Source: a virus (lineage: Duplodnaviria > Caudoviricetes). From it: 64,000 nt of DNA. Each line of letters begins with the position of its first letter. Position 1 is the first letter of the stretch. Shown here piece by piece: positions 14,899-24,161 of this stretch. The stretch lies in the IMG/VR virus record IMGVR_UViG_3300028833_000104, positions 1 to 64,000 of that record. One strand, given 5' to 3'. The notes below the pieces were generated by a model. It was not told where the DNA came from and did not search any database. It saw nothing but the letters and a program-made list of their open reading frames with translations. A program made the translations under genes and the position numbers.

Positions 14899-14933
14899 TA
14901 AGGATACCTCCTTTGAAAATTATTTATATATAA

Positions 14934-14943
14934 ATAATTTAGT
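14934..14943 (-). promoter_or_regulatory. Late-type promoter motif ACTAAATTAT
   Basis: Intergenic, upstream of tape measure gene. Confidence 0.65.
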
Positions 14944-14954
14944 TTAAATTTAAA

Positions 14955-15185
14955 CTATCTTCTATTTTGTTTCTTATTTTCTCTTTCTTGTTTTATCTTT
15001 TCATAATACTTCTTCTTTTCCTCAATTTCTTGATTAATTAATTTCATGATTTGAATCATTTCAGAAGGAGTCATCTTATCTCTTACATCAACATAAGATG
15101 TATTACAATTCTTAGATATTAAATAACAATTTGTAATTAATTGTCTATATCTTTCTGGACCGTAAGGTTTTCCATCTTTAGTCAA
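14955..15185 (-). CDS. Tail assembly chaperone second ORF (possibly expressed by frameshift)
   Basis: Short ORF overlapping end of 15178-15945; TTG start without RBS; directly before tape measure gene. Confidence 0.55.
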   Translation of the reverse strand: MTKDGKPYGPERYRQLITNCYLISKNCNTSYVDVRDKMTPSEMIQIMKLINQEIEEKKKYYEKIKQERENKKQNRR

Positions 15186-15945
15186 TTGAGGGTCTAAAAA
15201 ATTCTGTGGTGAAGCGAAAAAATGTACTAAATTTACCTCCGCATTTATTGCACTTTAAATCTATTTTCTTATCTAAACCAAATGCGGTATTTACTTTCTC
15301 CATTTTTTGAATAATATAATTATAATCTGCTGCTGACATTCTTTTAACTAATTGTTGTAATTCAATATAAGACATTTTAGCTCCATCAACAGATTCAATC
15401 ATTGTTTCTAATGTAAATACTGGAGACATATCACCTTTAAAATCACTACCAGAATTTATTATTTGTTCATTAAATTCTTCTACCTTATCCTGTATTGTAT
15501 CTTGTAATCTACAACTTGGAATTCTTAGTTTAATCTCTCTTTTGCATACAGGTAGAGTAAATGATAACAAAGCTTTATATTCCTCCAAATTAACCGTTTT
15601 AACAGCTAATTCATCAAGGTTTGCTTTAATTGTTTGTTGAGTACCACAATGAGGGCAACCAACAATCATTTTATAATCCACTCCATAGGTAACAACTCTT
15701 AATTTATGAAGTAAATATTCATAATCAGGAACTGCTAAATCATAACAAGAAATAGGCAATTTTGTAAGTAAACAATCATCAATAATTTCACATAAAGTTT
15801 TGTTTAAAGATTTACCTTGATTTTGTCTTTTCATTTCCTCCTGAACTGTCATACTTCTTAATTTTACTTTACCATCAAATGGAATTGCATAAATTTGTCC
15901 TTTAGAAGGTAATTCATATTCTTCTGCAATTGTATAATCTGCCAT
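15178..15945 (-). CDS. Tail assembly chaperone/baseplate hub assembly protein (T4 gp26-like) with CxxC pairs
   Basis: ELPSKG...LRSMTVQEE...LRVVTYG...CPHCG...CNKCG...EFFRP; between tube and tape measure genes. Confidence 0.7.
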   Translation of the reverse strand: MADYTIAEEYELPSKGQIYAIPFDGKVKLRSMTVQEEMKRQNQGKSLNKTLCEIIDDCLLTKLPISCYDLAVPDYEYLLHKLRVVTYGVDYKMIVGCPHCGTQQTIKANLDELAVKTVNLEEYKALLSFTLPVCKREIKLRIPSCRLQDTIQDKVEEFNEQIINSGSDFKGDMSPVFTLETMIESVDGAKMSYIELQQLVKRMSAADYNYIIQKMEKVNTAFGLDKKIDLKCNKCGGKFSTFFRFTTEFFRPSID

Positions 15946-15947
15946 AA

Positions 15948-16151
15948 TTAATTTTCTTCCTTTCTTTCTTCAATATTAATTACTGAATAATTTTTATAAC
16001 GTTTAATATAATCTACCACAATCATTCTAATAACAGTACTGACACTTGCACCATAATCGGCGGACATTTCTTGTAATGTATCATAAATAGATTCTGATAA
16101 TATTACACCTACCGTTTTTTTTGGTTCTAAAATATCTTTTTTCTTATTCAT
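15948..16151 (-). CDS. Ribbon-helix-helix (CopG-like) DNA-binding protein
   Basis: TVGVILSESIYDTLQEMSADYGASVSTVIRMIVVDYI; start placed at 16151 given motif at 16174. Confidence 0.65.
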   Translation of the reverse strand: MNKKKDILEPKKTVGVILSESIYDTLQEMSADYGASVSTVIRMIVVDYIKRYKNYSVINIEERKEEN

Positions 16152-16173
16152 ACTTTTAACCATTCCTTTCATA

Positions 16174-16183
16174 ATAATTTAGT
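16174..16183 (-). promoter_or_regulatory. Late-type promoter motif ACTAAATTAT
   Basis: Intergenic copy after terminator. Confidence 0.6.
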
Positions 16184-16225
16184 TTTAATTTTATTTAATT
16201 TTATTAAATAATTTAAACAAATTAA

Positions 16226-16251
16226 AAAACCTAGAAATGAATCTAGGTTTT
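16226..16251 (-). terminator. Intrinsic terminator after tail tube gene
   Basis: AAAACCTAGA-aatgaa-TCTAGGTTTT hairpin with U-tract on - strand. Confidence 0.7.
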
Positions 16252-16275
16252 AAGAAAGGAGGTATTATATAGAAA

Positions 16276-16944
16276 CTAGGATTCTTCGTCCCATTTATCA
16301 TCATTCATATGCATTTCTGCTCTATCATATTGGAATGTACAAGTAATTTGTCTTCCTCCATTACCACCTTGAGTAACGTCGAAATCACTTTCAGAAATTG
16401 CACTAATCCAACAACCAATTAAATTCCAATATCTAACAACTTGGAAATCAGGTGTATATTCAACTAATACACAATTCTTTTTATAACCTTGTCTAGCAAC
16501 TCCATTAATTGTATAATCACCAGCTCTACCTTGAGTATCTGTCATTACATCATAAGCTAATGCTTGCCAAGCCATTAAAACTGTTTTAGTTTCTAGACCT
16601 ACGAAATCTTGAAATTCTAATGTTTTATTATCATCCCAAGTAGGTGTATCTGCGAATTTTACAACTGAGTTACCACGTTGAATAGGAATAACACCTAAAC
16701 TAAAGTGTGGAGCAAATGCTTTATTAATTGATAATTTAATAACATCTTTTGCTAATTTCTTCTTAATATCTTTTCCACCAGTAACATACTGATTAGCAGG
16801 ATTTTCACCATTATAACTGAATTCAGGATATAATAAGTCATTTAATCCTTCAATTATTAAACTGAAGAAATTACTTCTTGCAGTTTCATAATTTTGTAAA
16901 TCTGATGAAATATGATAAGTTCCTAATTTATTAGTATCTGCCAT
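16276..16944 (-). CDS. Tail tube protein (T4 gp19-like)
   Basis: YKKNCVLVEYTPD...RYWNLIGCWISAISESDFD...ITCTFQYD; follows sheath; all 5 Trp are TGG. Confidence 0.85.
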   Translation of the reverse strand: MADTNKLGTYHISSDLQNYETARSNFFSLIIEGLNDLLYPEFSYNGENPANQYVTGGKDIKKKLAKDVIKLSINKAFAPHFSLGVIPIQRGNSVVKFADTPTWDDNKTLEFQDFVGLETKTVLMAWQALAYDVMTDTQGRAGDYTINGVARQGYKKNCVLVEYTPDFQVVRYWNLIGCWISAISESDFDVTQGGNGGRQITCTFQYDRAEMHMNDDKWDEES

Positions 16945-16962
16945 CTTCTATTCATCTCCTTA

Positions 16963-18516
16963 TTAATTTTGTCCTACTTCAACTGAATCATCTAATTGAA
17001 CTGTAATATCAAAATCTTCAACTGCTTCAATTGGAGTAATTATAATTTTTGCTGCAAATAATGCTCTCTTCTTAGTTGCAACCTTAACAAACTGATAATC
17101 TCTAATACCTTGATTAGACTTCATCTTTTCTAATAATGGAGTAATCATTGATTTAAAGTTAAACCATAATTCATCTGTATTAGGATCAAATGTATATCTT
17201 CTAGCAGCTCTATAAATTGTTTTCTTTAAATCACAACATAAACTTCTAATATTTAAGAAATCTGATGCTACTAATTGAACTTCATCGCTAGAACCATTTG
17301 CTGGAACATTTAATGGATGCATTGTTCTATTACCCCAAACAACATTACCATAAGGTCTAATATTACAAATTGCATTAGTTGCAATATGTTCTACATTAAT
17401 ATTCTTTTTACCAGCATCTCTTGGTTGGAATAAATCAATATCAGCATCACCAAATTGTTCTGTTAATTTAATTGCAAATGGACCAGAACCTTTTTCAGCA
17501 CCAGAAATTGCAAACCAATCAGGTACTGTTTTTGTATTAACTGCATAACATAATAAATAATATAAATATCCAGGGAATGTTGAATTAATAAATGTATATT
17601 CTACTTCTACATAATCCTCATCACCACTCTCAGCATTATCTGGAATATATGCATAAGGTGATACAATCTTATACTTAGGCACTATAATATTAGCTCTATA
17701 GTGGGTACCATAAGAACCATAAAGCTCAACAGATTCATTTACTGACCAAGATATAGCAGGTCTAGGAATTATTGTTCCTGCAATTTCATTAAAATTATCT
17801 TGAATCCATTCATTAATACCTTGTTTTCCCTTAGAAGGTGCACTAGAAGTTTTTAAATAATTTGGTGAATAAATTAATGCATAAGAATCGCCTCTATTAC
17901 CAGCACATTCCATTGCTCTTTGATCCACATTAATAATAAATCTCTCATTAATTCCTTTTACTAGCTTACCAGTATCAGGATCTCTTTCTAATGGTTCTTC
18001 CTTATCTAAATCAATATATGGAGGTAAAATGAATTTACCATCATATTTTCCTTTATCACTATAATCCTTATATAGATTTTTTACTATTTCGCTACCTTCT
18101 AATTCTGAAATATTTGGTTTAACGACTGCATATTCTTCACCGCTATCTAAATATGTAACATCTAAATTATAGATTCCTTTATAATCAATAGGTAAACCAT
18201 AACTTAATAACATATGAGCCATTGCATAACCTTTATCCTGAATGAATACATCTTTAATAGCATCTAACTTTGTTTGAGCTGCTATTTCATCCTTATACTT
18301 TTCAGGATCATCCCACTCAATTTCAATAGTTTTAAATACCTTTTCTACTTGTTGTTCAAATGAAGCTAAAGTAGTATAAGTACCATCAACTGTAATTAGA
18401 GTATCATCTTCATCATAACCCTCTAATTTTAATGCAGGAAGTAATGCTATGTTTTCAATATAACCACGACTACCAGAACCAGTATTATCTATTTCTCTTA
18501 TATTTACTCTTGGCAT
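16963..18516 (-). CDS. Tail sheath protein
   Basis: MPRVNIREID start; VVWGNRTM, FLNIRSL, YTFDPNTDELW, IITPIEAVEDFDI sheath C-terminal motifs; all 6 Trp are TGG. Confidence 0.9.
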   Translation of the reverse strand: MPRVNIREIDNTGSGSRGYIENIALLPALKLEGYDEDDTLITVDGTYTTLASFEQQVEKVFKTIEIEWDDPEKYKDEIAAQTKLDAIKDVFIQDKGYAMAHMLLSYGLPIDYKGIYNLDVTYLDSGEEYAVVKPNISELEGSEIVKNLYKDYSDKGKYDGKFILPPYIDLDKEEPLERDPDTGKLVKGINERFIINVDQRAMECAGNRGDSYALIYSPNYLKTSSAPSKGKQGINEWIQDNFNEIAGTIIPRPAISWSVNESVELYGSYGTHYRANIIVPKYKIVSPYAYIPDNAESGDEDYVEVEYTFINSTFPGYLYYLLCYAVNTKTVPDWFAISGAEKGSGPFAIKLTEQFGDADIDLFQPRDAGKKNINVEHIATNAICNIRPYGNVVWGNRTMHPLNVPANGSSDEVQLVASDFLNIRSLCCDLKKTIYRAARRYTFDPNTDELWFNFKSMITPLLEKMKSNQGIRDYQFVKVATKKRALFAAKIIITPIEAVEDFDITVQLDDSVEVGQN

Positions 18517-18544
18517 ATTTCTATCTCCTCTTCTTTTATTATAA

Positions 18545-18601
18545 ATAATTTAGTAGTAATTTCCTACCATAAATTAATCATTATAATTCATATAATTTAG
18601 T
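18545..18601 (-). promoter_or_regulatory. Two tandem late-type motifs ACTAAATTAT (18545-18554, 18592-18601)
   Basis: Intergenic, upstream of the sheath-tube genes. Confidence 0.7.
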
Positions 18602-18624
18602 ATTTTATAATTTTAATAAAATAC

Positions 18625-19302
18625 CTAATCTTCATCATCATCTTCATCGTCATTTTCTTTAGATGTAGAATCATATTCTGTAGTAATAATCTCATCACCA
18701 GGTTGAACATCTTTTACTTCTAATTGAACACCAAGTAAATGAGCATTTGTCTTCTCAGGTACACTGAAGAAGAAAGCATCATGAACTGATAACTTAATAG
18801 TTCATCTTGTAAATTGATCTGGGAATTTCTTTTCTGGAATATCACTATTATCTGTAATATCTGATTCCAACCATAAATAAGCAACATGTTTAATATTAGT
18901 TCCATTATAAGGTATTAATACTTTCATTTTAGGATGGTTTACAATATTAAATATTGTTTCTCTTAAATAATTATCTCCATTTTCATATGTATCTGTATAT
19001 ATATCTACTTGATAACTAATATTAATAGGAATTGCATTTAATTGTAATGTTGCCATTTCAGAACCATCTAAATTAACACCGCTACAACTTAAATTTCTTC
19101 TACCTGGAATATCAATACTAATACTTGGGTCTCTTGAAATTGCAATTAAAGGTAATGTTAATGGTTTATCATTATTTTCATTAGCCTTTATTTTCCATAA
19201 TCTACTAACTTCATTTGGCTTTAAAATTTTTAATTTATCTTCATTAGGAAATCATTTTTTAAATTTTTTAATGATTGCGTCATCATACATTGAAATTGCC
19301 AT
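18625..19302 (-). CDS. Putative tail terminator/sheath stabiliser (T4 gp15-like), 225 aa
   Basis: Code-4 extension of ORF 18802-19056 (2 TGA); LPLIAISRD and IPINISYQVDIYT motifs; directly upstream of sheath. Confidence 0.55.
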
Positions 19303-19739
19303 TATAACACTCCTCATCTTGCAGTGAATAAATTAACTGCTGCTATACTATTTGCTAATTCAAAACATTCTTTAAAAAATGTGCTTCTAGTATTACCAAC
19401 AGAACCTACTGCTATAAATTTTGCTAAAGTCTCTAATTTAACATTATTATATCTAATATTATCATCTAACATAACAAATTTCTTGTCATCTGAATATCTT
19501 AGATTTTTAATGATAAATTGTATTAATTTAAATATATCAACATCGACATTAAAATATTCTAATATTCCTTGTTGTATTAATCTTAATCGTTGTTTTTTAA
19601 TTCTATAACTTCTATTATTTGCTTTCTTGTATAAATCTAATATGGATAAAGAACAATTAATTAATACTTCTAAATAATCATCTTCTCTTTCCGTATTATT
19701 TTTAACAAAATTTGGAAAGTTTATTTTTGCAACTATCAT
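19302..19739 (-). CDS. Hypothetical protein, 145 aa
   Basis: AGGAG RBS; read through TGA 19314 to a TAA overlapping the next ATG. Confidence 0.6.
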
Positions 19740-19761
19740 TAATCATTCTCCTTTCCTATAA

Positions 19762-19786
19762 ATAATTTAGTGGATAATTGTATAAT
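19762..19786. promoter_or_regulatory. Divergent promoters: ACTAAATTAT (- strand, 19762-19771) and TTGTATAAT (+ strand, 19778-19786)
   Basis: Back-to-back motifs at the tail/replication strand switch. Confidence 0.65.
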
Positions 19787-19811
19787 TAATATATTTGAAC
19801 GGAGGTTAACT

Positions 19812-20804
19812 ATGGCTGAAAAATTTTCATACTCAAAATTAGAATGCTTTGAAGGTTGCCATTATAAATATAAATTAATATATAAAGATTATCATTTTGT
19901 AGATTCTCCTGCTATTGCAACAGATTTTGGAACATTAATTCATTATATTGAAGAAACAGTAGCTAAAAAGATTAAAAATAATGAGAAATTAGATAGCAAA
20001 GAAATAATAAAACTATTATATGAAATTAACGATGATAAAGAAAAAATTTATGGAGTAAATATATTAAAGAAAAAGTATCCAGAACAATGATTCGAAAAAG
20101 ACAAATCTGATAGAAATTATGAGGAAAAAATTAGCGAATATCTAAATAATGGAATGTTTAGATTATATGACTATATAATGAGAAATCCTAATTTAGAAAT
20201 TGTAGGTATTGAACAAGAATTTAATTTAGATTTTCACGGTTATTTATTTCATGGATTTATAGATAGAGTGTTTAGAGATAAAAATACAGGTAAAATATAT
20301 ATTGAAGATATTAAGACTTGAGCTCAACCCGCAAAACAAGAAGATTTAGCTACACCTTTACAATTTGTATTTTATAGTTTAGCTGCAGAACAAATTTATG
20401 GAACTTCAGATATTGAATGTGCTTATGAATTACCTTTATGTGATTTAAAACAACCTGCTGGCACAAAAGGTTTTATTGCTAGAGGTATTAAGAAAATTGA
20501 TAAAATATTAGCTGAAATTGAGACAGGTGATTTTGAACCTAATCCTACTCCTTTATGCCATTGGTGTATTTTTAGTGAAACATTTCCAAATCAACCTGAT
20601 GAAGCAAAAAAGTTATGTCCTTATTTCAGTCATTGAACTAAATTAAATCGAAAGGATTTTAGCAAAGAAAATGAATGGATGGGTCCTGAAAATCATGATG
20701 CCATAATGGATGCTTTTGTAAATAACTATAAGCCAAAACAAATCATGTTAAAACCAACCATTGAATTAGTTGACTCTGCTAGACGATTTATAATAAGGAG
20801 ATAA
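19812..20804 (+). CDS. PD-(D/E)XK exonuclease, RecB/AddB/Cas4-like with Fe-S cysteines, 330 aa
   Basis: FSYSKLECFEGC, GTLIH, GFIDRV, IEDIKT, LQFVFY, CHWC...CP; 3 in-frame TGA; GGAGG RBS. Confidence 0.85.
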
Positions 20805-20808
20805 TTTA

Positions 20809-21267
20809 ATGAAAAAGATTGGATATTGATTTTTACAATTAACTTGAGGTAGTTTAATGACCTCTATAGGTTTATTAGTTTCATTAGTCATTTTAATTTT
20901 TATGAAAAAGAAAGCAACATTTCATAAAAATGGTTATTCTTGAATAATTGAAATTGGTGGTAATTGAGGTGGATTAGAATTAGGTGCTTGTGCTTTATGT
21001 GGAAACTATTCTAAAACTAATCATTATTGGTTTGACCATACAAGAAAACATGAATTTGGTCATACTATTCAAAATATTATTTTTGGACCATTTTACATAT
21101 TTGTTGTAGGTATTCCAAGTGCTGTTAGATATTGGTATAAAAGAATTGCTAGTAAGAAAGGTAAAAGATTTAGTAGTGACTGATATGATTCTTGATGAGG
21201 AGAAGGTACTGCAACTCGTTGAGGCACAAAAGCAATTAATAAAATAGAAAATAAAAAAACCAGTTAA
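20809..21267 (+). CDS. Small membrane-associated HEXXH (zincin-like) protein, 152 aa
   Basis: Invisible in code 11 (8 TGA); YWFLQLTWG...WGGLELG...KHEFGHTIQ...GPFYIFVVGIPS; AGGAG RBS. Confidence 0.7.
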
Positions 21268-21280
21268 TTACTGGTTTTTA
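21254..21280. terminator. Bidirectional terminator between convergent genes
   Basis: AAAAACCAGT-taatt-ACTGGTTTTT; both TAA stops lie in the hairpin. Confidence 0.75.
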
Positions 21281-21903
21281 TTTTTGTCTATATCCTTAAA
21301 TTTTTCCTCCATTAAAGACATTAGTTTTTCTTTATTTTCTTTTGATTTAGCCTCTTCATAAGAAATTCCTAATTCCTCTAGATATTCTATGAAATAAGGA
21401 CTACGACGCTTGTAAGATAAATCATGATTCATTAAAGAACCATCATCCAGGTGTTGGACTAAAAATGGATAATATCCATAATATTTTAAATTCAGCTTAT
21501 TCAACGATTCACGAAGAATTCTTTCTGCAGAATGAGTTAAAATATTTAAAGTAGCAAATGTTTCAACTATTTTATGACCCATTCCTTTTGGAAAATATGT
21601 GCACTGGTTATAGCAGAAACCTCTTAAATAACTTTCCCTTCTCCATATAAGTGGTCTATTAAAAAAATTAATAATATCCGTAGGATGCTTGCTAATTACT
21701 TCTTCTATACGTTGTTTGAAATTATTACAAAGAATACAATCATCTTCCAAAAGAACTGCATCAAAGTCATTTACATATTCTAATTGTTTTAAAAAGGCCT
21801 TACCACAATTACCTTTGGTATCAATTAGAAGTTCATATTCTATTTGAGAATACGAACTATCTAATTTTCTTTTACCTGTTGTTCTTACAAAGTATTTTAT
21901 CAT
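21268..21903 (-). CDS. Glycosyltransferase-like protein (GT-A fold, GT25-like)
   Basis: DAVLLEDDCIL and PFLVQH motifs. Confidence 0.6.
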   Translation of the reverse strand: MIKYFVRTTGKRKLDSSYSQIEYELLIDTKGNCGKAFLKQLEYVNDFDAVLLEDDCILCNNFKQRIEEVISKHPTDIINFFNRPLIWRRESYLRGFCYNQCTYFPKGMGHKIVETFATLNILTHSAERILRESLNKLNLKYYGYYPFLVQHLDDGSLMNHDLSYKRRSPYFIEYLEELGISYEEAKSKENKEKLMSLMEEKFKDIDKNKNQ

Positions 21904-21925
21904 ATGTTAATTTAAGTTTATTTAA

Positions 21926-22807
21926 TTAGCCTTCAATTTCAATTAATTTTATTTCGTATTTACGGCCTTCATAACCTACTGTTACTGTATCTCCTACCTT
22001 ATTGAAAGGATAATTTCCTGAGTCAGTGTCAAGTGAAATTGGTTCATTAGTACTTTCATTTAAAAGTACGGTTGCACGATCCTCACTAGTACCACCAAAA
22101 TAATCTACCTCTATAAGTTGGCCAGAACTGTCAATTTCTCCTAAATCATTCATCATGTAGGTACCTGAATTATCACACCAAAGATATAAGTGATTTTCCT
22201 GATAATTAAATGAAACTGATTCAAACTGTCCACTTCCTTGATAGTAATAATATTGATCAGTCTCAAGTCCTTCAACAAGGTTAAGACTAGAACTATCAAA
22301 GTAATAAAGGTTGCCATAAGAAAGATTTTCTTCTCTTAATTCGCTACCATCATAGCTATAATAAGAATAGCTTAAAGTTTGGTTAAGAACAGTTTGAATT
22401 TTAGTTTCTCCTGTTCGAGAGTCTTTCCATGTATTATAAACCTTGTTTGCCTCAAAAGTTTGTAATTCACCTGTAACACCTAAGATAGTTACATCCTTTT
22501 TAATATTTTCTGCAATAATGTTAGAATCAATACTATCATCAACTGCATTAACAGTTACCTTATTAAATCCATCTACACCTTCTTTAGGTTCAATTACTTG
22601 TTGACTTGTAGTAGGATTTACTGTAACAGGTTCAACTACAGCAGGTACATCTTCAACATTTACATTTGCATTAGCATATGATGCAACATCATATTCACCA
22701 TTTTCTGTAATTTCAATAGTACCAGTAGGAGTATCTCCTTCAAAATTAGCAGTTTTTTCAACTGTTTTCTTTGCTTTTAAATCTAATTTTACATTAATTT
22801 TTGTCAT
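21926..22807 (-). CDS. Putative virion structural/fibre protein
   Basis: GTIEITENGEYDVASYANANVNV, VTVNPTTSQQVI and IIAENIKKDVTILGVTG motifs typical of phage fibre-like proteins; late motif upstream. Confidence 0.55.
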   Translation of the reverse strand: MTKINVKLDLKAKKTVEKTANFEGDTPTGTIEITENGEYDVASYANANVNVEDVPAVVEPVTVNPTTSQQVIEPKEGVDGFNKVTVNAVDDSIDSNIIAENIKKDVTILGVTGELQTFEANKVYNTWKDSRTGETKIQTVLNQTLSYSYYSYDGSELREENLSYGNLYYFDSSSLNLVEGLETDQYYYYQGSGQFESVSFNYQENHLYLWCDNSGTYMMNDLGEIDSSGQLIEVDYFGGTSEDRATVLLNESTNEPISLDTDSGNYPFNKVGDTVTVGYEGRKYEIKLIEIEG

Positions 22808-22840
22808 TATAATATTCTCCTTTTAATTTTTTAATTCTAT

Positions 22841-22883
22841 ATAATTTAGTGTGAATATTTTGGAACAAATTAAATGTATATTT
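22841..22883. promoter_or_regulatory. Divergent promoters: ACTAAATTAT (- strand, 22841-22850) and ATGTATATTT (+ strand, about 22874)
   Basis: Same arrangement as 19762-19786. Confidence 0.6.
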
Positions 22884-22916
22884 ATGTAAATAAATAGTTT
22901 TGGAGGATTTTTGTGT

Positions 22917-23963
22917 ATGAAATATCTTTTATATACCGATGTACATTGAAGTACATATTCATCAATAATTAGAAGTATTGGTGAGAAATATTCAATAAGA
23001 TTAGAAAATTTAATTAATAGTGTTAACTGAGCTGAGAATTTAGCAATTGAAAAGGGTTGTGATGAGATTATCTGTTTAGGTGACTTTTTCGATAAACCAG
23101 ACCTAACAAGTCAACAAATCACAGCTTTAAATGAGTTAAAATGGGCTAAGATACCACATTCTTTTATTGTAGGTAATCACGATGCTTCAACTAAGGACCT
23201 ATCTTTTAATAGTGTTCATGTTTTAAAGAATGTTGGACAAATTGTATCAGGATTTAAAAAGGAAAAAATCGATACTAATACTTATTTTCTTTATATACCT
23301 TATATTCAAGATGATAGTAGATTATCTATTGCTGAATATAGAAAAATTTTAGATATTCCTGAAACTGCAAAAGTTATAGTTTTAAGTCATAATGATGTTA
23401 AAGGAATTAAATATGGTCCTATTACTACAACCATAGGTATTGATTTAGATGATATTGAAAATAACTGCTCTTTATTTTTAAATGGACATGTTCATAATGG
23501 AGATCAAATTTGTAGAAATGGATTCAATCTAGGAAATTTATCTGGTAAAGTATTTGAGGAAGATGCTTTTAGATATAAACATCAAGTTATAATTTTAGAA
23601 GTAGTTAATAATGAAATTACTATTGATTTTATTGAAAATCCTTATGCATTTAATTTCTATAAATTAGAAATTAAAACAGAGAAAGATTTATTACGATTAA
23701 ATGATATTGGTAATAATGCTATAATTTCAATAAATTATTTACCTCATATGAAGGAAAAGATTCAAGAATTTATTGATAACAATAATAAGATAGTAGAATC
23801 TAAACTAAACAGAATAGTTCAATTAGGTGAAGTTGACAGTGAAGCATTATTAGTAAAATTAAACGATATGGATTACTTGGAACAATTCAAAACTTTTAGT
23901 ATTGCACAATTAGGAAATGCAAAAGAGGTTTTAGAGGAGATAAATAGAATAATAGCCGCATAG
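22917..23963 (+). CDS. sbcD: SbcD/Mre11-like DNA repair nuclease, 348 aa
   Basis: TDVH(W=TGA), LGDFFD, VGNHD, SHND, NGHVH metallophosphoesterase motifs; adjacent to SbcC. Confidence 0.85.
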
Positions 23964-23977
23964 GAGGATAAGAAAGG

Positions 23978-24160
23978 ATGAGAAAATATTATTTAATTTA
24001 TTATATTGATGATGATGTTGCAAGAGGTTGTAATTCTACCTTTATTAGATTGAACTACGAATTAGATAAATCTAAGATTAGAAGAGTAGAAATTAAACTT
24101 CAAAAAGCTCTTAGCGTAAAAAGAGTTATTATTATCACTTATAGAAAGGTAGAAGGATAA
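23978..24160 (+). CDS. Hypothetical protein
   Basis: ORF with RBS filling gap between sbcD and sbcC. Confidence 0.55.
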   Translation: MRKYYLIYYIDDDVARGCNSTFIRLNYELDKSKIRRVEIKLQKALSVKRVIIITYRKVEG

Positions 24161-24161
24161 T

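Noticed and set aside
19812-20804. CRISPR-associated cas4
   Set aside because: No array or other cas genes are visible; stand-alone RecB-like nucleases are common in phages
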